NCBI GenBank assembly: GCA_020137815.1 | Contig: CM035362.1 | Coordinates: forward strand, 930,001-994,000 | Source: Hormiphora californensis | Lineage: Eukaryota; Animalia; Ctenophora | DNA length: 64,000 bases | Reading direction: 5' to 3' | In this document: one piece after another, positions 47,401 to 64,000 of the stretch | How positions within the stretch are numbered: position 1 is the first letter of the stretch | Layout of the letters: the number at the start of each line of letters is the position of its first letter | Program-made: the position numbers and the translations under genes | The notes under the pieces: model-generated | What the model was told of the DNA's origin: nothing | The model's input: only the letters and a program-made list of their open reading frames with translations | Databases searched by the model: none

Positions 47401-47966
47401 GAGAAAGATAAAGGAAGTAGAGAGTCAGTAATAGATAGAGGAAGAGACAGTGATAGATAGAGGGGAAGAGATGAGAGAAAGTTCGTACGTGGGCTATTAT
47501 TCCGAAAAGAAGAGAGCAGAGAAAGTAGAGAGAAAACAGAAAATAGAAGATATAGAGAACTAGTGTGTAGTGGTATAGAATGCATGCCTTGTGTGTGTAA
47601 CTGTGAGTGATAACGTGATGACAGATGTACAAGCTGACAGTCTCTCCAAATAAACTCAATACCATCATAATATGTTGCTATGTATCTTAGTTTCATGATG
47701 CTCCAAAAAGTCTCTCGAACAAAATTGCCGAGAGGAAGAAGAAATTACACAATGAAAAAGCAGTGAGATAGTTAAATGGGGTTGAAACAGAAACACATAC
47801 CCTTGGATTTGTTGGCGTCAGTGTAGGAGAATCCGGCTTTCTGGCCCGTCTTGGAGCCGATCAAACCGTTCAGGTTAGGTCCGGTCTTGTGTTTGCCACC
47901 AGCCTCAACTGTGTGGCACTGATCGCATCGCTGTTTGAAAATCTTCGCACCAGATTTGGCGGACAT
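44436..47966 (-). CDS. CYCS: Cytochrome c; four coding exons
   Basis: [35 protein letters not shown]...[10 protein letters not shown]|[21 protein letters not shown]|[16 protein letters not shown]|[11 protein letters not shown]; CxxCH motif and Met80-equivalent intact. Confidence 0.96.
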
Positions 47967-48416
47967 CTTGGAGTGATTGACTGAACCGGGGGTTAGACAA
48001 GCGCAACAAAATGGCAAACAGCTTCTAGAAAACTGAGTCGGTCCTGGCAACGCGCGCACTGGTACAATTTTGAGGTTGTTTGCGGAGTAAAATCCTCGCG
48101 GCACCAGAATATTTTGGAAGCCTCGAAAAACACAAAATGAACTCCATACAGCCACAAATGCGGAAAATGAACTATCCTTATACAACAAACAGTCAAACAG
48201 GCTATTTTTAGCGTTCCACTGAACACACAAATGAATTAATTAGCGCTAATAATCAACCAATTAGCCCGCTCATAAATACCACGTTGCGCGCAGTGTGACT
48301 GCTGAAGAGAGTGCACTTTGTACTGGTGGTGAGAGCGAGTGAGAAGACACCGTGTTGCGTCACTCGCTATTAATGTAGACTCGGCGCGAGATGTCTGTGT
48401 GTATTGCCTGGTAGGG

Positions 48417-48424
48417 TGACGTCA
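48417..48424. promoter_or_regulatory. Full CRE palindrome ~450 bp upstream of the cytochrome c ATG
   Basis: TGACGTCA within a CGCG-rich upstream region (48050-48430). Confidence 0.4.
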
Positions 48425-49405
48425 TGTGTTACAAGCAGAATGTGCTCAGTAACCAAACCACACGTGACCAGAGGGGGGGGGGGCATCAGTTCAAAGAAAA
48501 CTAATTGAGACTTGCACCAATTTAGACAAGAGGATTTTAGTGAATTAGTAAAAACGGATAAAACTTTGAACAAGAAAAGATCAAGCAGACACTCACTCAC
48601 TCACACACGAGATAGACTAGATAAAAAGGGATGTTCTTGAACCTCTAAAACATCTCTGCCTCTATCTCTCCTTTGATTCCTAAATTGTATCTAGAAAGGT
48701 TCTCAGTTCTGAGTTCTAAAAGAATATCATCATTTGTACTGTTGGAGGTGTACAGGGAATCTTCAAGATCACCCGAGTAACATATCTCTGACAGATTCAA
48801 TGCTATAAATGACACACATTCTCTCTCTCTCTCTCTCTCTCTCACACTCACTCTCTCTCTTCTCACACACACTTCACTATCGCACAATAACACACATAAG
48901 ATGAGTAGATGTTATATACAAACAGCGTAGCGGTAAAAAAACGAGCTTAAACAGCAATTAAAAAGAAGTTAATCAAATCTCACTCTATCTCCATCTTTCT
49001 ATCTTTCCATTTACTATCATTCTCCCACTTTCTCTCTCTGTTTCATTTTCTCACATAATATTAATTTAAACCTCCCTTAATTCTTTAAACATAAACTGTT
49101 TTGAAAAATAAAATTATCGCCCCATCATGGTATTGGGCCTGACATTACCCTCTCTCTCTGGTGTTTCGAGATGGAGATATTCCCAGTCACCTGCTCACAA
49201 TGGTATGATATTAGCAACTTGTAGATTCAGCAGAAACACAAAACACACACGGATAGATAGCTGCTCCACAATGACTTTCCTTCTTTCTCCTATCTTTTCC
49301 CCCAAGATAACCCACGCACTGACTATCTTCCATCTATCTTCTTCTCTGATCAATTCGAGCTGACAATGTCTCTCTATAACAACGAGATATGTTCTACAAT
49401 TCAAC

Positions 49406-57231
<7,826 letters not shown>

Positions 57232-58025
57232 CACAACTATCTCCCTTCTTCTCCTGAGAAGATAGCAATAAAAATTAGGGCGAGTTACGTCATAGCAAGG
57301 GAGCGCTCACTTTGAATTTATGAGGGGTTTTCTCTCTGTATATATTTCCCTCTAATTTCTCTCTCTCTCTCTCTCTCTTTGCTTCCCAGTCGATCACTCA
57401 CTCTCTCTCTCTCTCACCTGTGATTGTTGTAGTAGGTTTTGTGTGTATTTATGTGAGCAGGTAGCTCTCACTTTTCACTCACTTCTATCTTTCTTTCTCT
57501 TGCTGTGTCCCGCTCTCTCTCTCAGTCTCTCTCTCTATGGCGGCAGCTCTCTCTCTCACATAGACAGTATAGGAGTAGCGACACGATACCAACGAAAGCA
57601 CTACGTAGCAGTGACAAATATGCGAGCTACACTCCGATTGGAAGCCTCGCTCTGACGTAACATGACCTAATAGACGCAAAGTTACCTCCCCATGGACGAA
57701 CAACGCGCGGGAATTTCAGATTCGTGTTTTCAAATGCGCGGCGTTGTTTTCTGTTTTGCGCGCCGCTCAGGTCACAGTTTCAGGGTTGCTTGCGGAGGTA
57801 TTGAGCGCGGGAAAGGGACCTCGTGTGGCTATGATTCGAGATCGGTCGGAGATGGAGACAGAAGACTGCCATTGCGAAGATAAACTCAGATATTTTGATA
57901 TTTAAAACAGAAACGGATAAAAAAGTAATAAATTAGAGGACATCTCCTTCATATATCTCAAAATATAGGTCACTGTTATCTCCTCTGCAGCAGAATCTCT
58001 GTTTATCATGAGGTTACTGTTCAGT

Positions 58026-59949
58026 TCATGATTCTGTGACTTTGACGAACTTTCCGAGAATCTCAGAATCCCTGATCAGTAAGAAATCCTGGAGGGAGGG
58101 AGGAAACAGGTTAGGAATACTATTCCGAATTGTCCCTCTTCAGAACCACAGAACACGCTAAATAAACATTTCGTCCCCTCAGATTTTAAAACTATCTTCC
58201 CTCCCAAATATCTGTCTCTCTGCCTCTCTCTCACCTCATCATCAAGTGTCAACTTGGTTCCGCCGTACTCGGGAAGAAGCACTTTATCACCAACTGCTAC
58301 GGAAACTGGGATCACCTGTGTAGAATAAAACTTAGATTAGAACAGGTTATGAGCGGTTAACATTAACCGAGTCCTATAATTCTCTGTAGTTGGCACTTTT
58401 ATTTTGGGGTGAGGCAAAGCAAGGAAGGGGTAAAGTAAGGTAAAATTGAGTGGTCAGATCGGGATACAAAAAGAGAATCAGAATAGAAAGCCGAAAGGGT
58501 GACGATGTTAACTCACATCACCATCAGCGTCCACACCTCCTGGCCCACAGGCAACTACAACTGCTTCATTCAGTTTCTTCTGGGACGACTCAGGCAGCAT
58601 AATTCCACCTTTAGTTTTCTGAGGGAGAGATGTGGGTGTGATTCTGGACAAAGCACAATTTGTACGGTGGTTTTCAGATTAAAAGGACAATAGTTGGCAG
58701 AAATCAGTAATCACACACTCTCACACAATGTGTCTAGTATTAGGTCATTCGGTAAATATCTGGACAGGTATGTTTGTGAGAGAACGGAGCTAGATAGAGC
58801 CAAGCGACCTGTTCCAGCGTCTTCCTTGGACATTTTTAGGTTGGACTAGGATGGTGGGAACCTTCGCCTGCTGGCAGTATTGCCTCACGAGCAATATGTT
58901 TCAATGCTACTCTAGCTGCCGCTTTATGCTAACTTTTAACTCAATTTCGGACCAATATGACGTACTTCCGGATAATTCGGAAAGTTTTTAACCCTATATA
59001 TTGCTTATTAAATGCCTTGAGATACTCCATAAACCTTCTTGAAATTTTTGGATAAAATTTCTAGCATGGGGAAGCGATTTTCGCTAGATTTGGTAAAGCT
59101 GGATTTTAAATTTTTTTACAAATGTTGAAAAAAGCCGCCATGAGCCAGGTATCCATTGACCGATCGTAATAAAACTATCATAGGACCTAGAAAATTGTAT
59201 AAGCTAACATTTAACGTTGGATTCAAGTCATTTAGAGGTTTAGAACGTACAAAAACGGCCATGAAGTGTGCAAAGCGCAATTTTGGCAAAAATCAAATTT
59301 TTAAGGATGAAGATGGAATCTAAACGCTTCAATTATGGTTGCATCATATTCAGGCTTAAAAAGTGATCTAGGAACACTGGTCAAACCGATAATCTGTCCC
59401 CAATAGAGAAAATGCCATGACATATTCAATCATCCGTAGTGCCACAGTTTTTTCTTGCATAAAGCGGCAGCTAGAGTAGCATTGAAACATATTGCTCGTG
59501 AGGCAATACTGCCAGCAGGCGAAAGTTCCCACCATCCTAGTCCAACCTAAAAATGTCCAAGGAAGACGCTGGAACAGGTCGCTTGGCTCTATCTGGTTCC
59601 GTTCTCTCACAATCATACCTGTCCAGATATTTACCGAATGACCTAATAAATAACACAGTATTAATCATCTCTGCCTAGTTTACTAAGGAATGTCTCAAAA
59701 CTAGTTCACTACTTACAGTTGCAGCAACAGCCCTGGACACCAGAATCCTGTCAAACAGAGGGATGAAGTTCTTAATAGCAGCAGCCTGAGGGAGGGGAGA
59801 GGATATTTTAAAAGAGGAACAATGTGCAAAATCAAGGAATGTTCAATCAAAATTGGAAAAGTTCCAAAACTAAACCAAAAGTTAGGGCAAATTAAAAGTT
59901 ATCAAAACCCCTTTTCTCGTGTCCTAGCATAACACCAGGAACTTACCAT
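58026..59949 (-). CDS. HSPE1: Mitochondrial co-chaperonin Hsp10; five exons, the first coding only ATG
   Basis: M|AAAIKNFIPLFDRILVSRAVAAT|KTKGGIMLPESSQKKLNEAVVVACGPG...|VIPVSVAVGDKVLLPEYGGTKLTLDDE|DFLLIRDSEILGKF...*. Confidence 0.95.
58738..59648. mobile_element. Non-autonomous mariner-type element with ~190-bp TIRs, copy B, in an Hsp10 intron
   Basis: TATTAGGTCATTCGGTAAATATCTGGACAGG... / ...CCTGTCCAGATATTTACCGAATGACCTAATA; same family as 36668-37570. Confidence 0.88.

Positions 59950-64000
<4,051 letters not shown>

Overview
Gene-dense, intron-rich animal genomic DNA, most consistent with a ctenophore. That assignment is an inference from the nested gene's domain, which resembles a family I recall as expanded in ctenophores. 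Minus strand, left to right: a SHARK/HTK16-type SH2-ankyrin-SH2 tyrosine kinase (runs off the left edge), mu-crystallin (CRYM), mitochondrial IF2, an MKK7-like MAP2K, SCOC/UNC-69, TBL1/ebi, cytochrome c, CREB and Hsp10. Plus strand: a secreted-protein gene nested in the kinase gene, INTS6 (head-to-head with TBL1) and Hsp60 (head-to-head with Hsp10, runs off the right edge). Non-coding DNA holds several non-autonomous DNA elements: TA-flanked foldbacks/MITEs and four insertions with 8-bp target-site duplications. It also holds a ~6-kb 36-bp satellite with higher-order structure, GA microsatellites and a probably mis-assembled segment near 24-26.8 kb. Main leads: (1) nearly every gene has a splice acceptor just before its ATG, and co-oriented genes are tightly packed, suggesting spliced-leader trans-splicing or operons; (2) a CRE+TATA site in CREB at an ICER-like intronic position; (3) the satellite monomer matches the end of a tiny 8-bp-TSD element; (4) exon-intron junctions are repeatedly duplicated into introns. 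Exon boundaries were read by eye and no database search was run.
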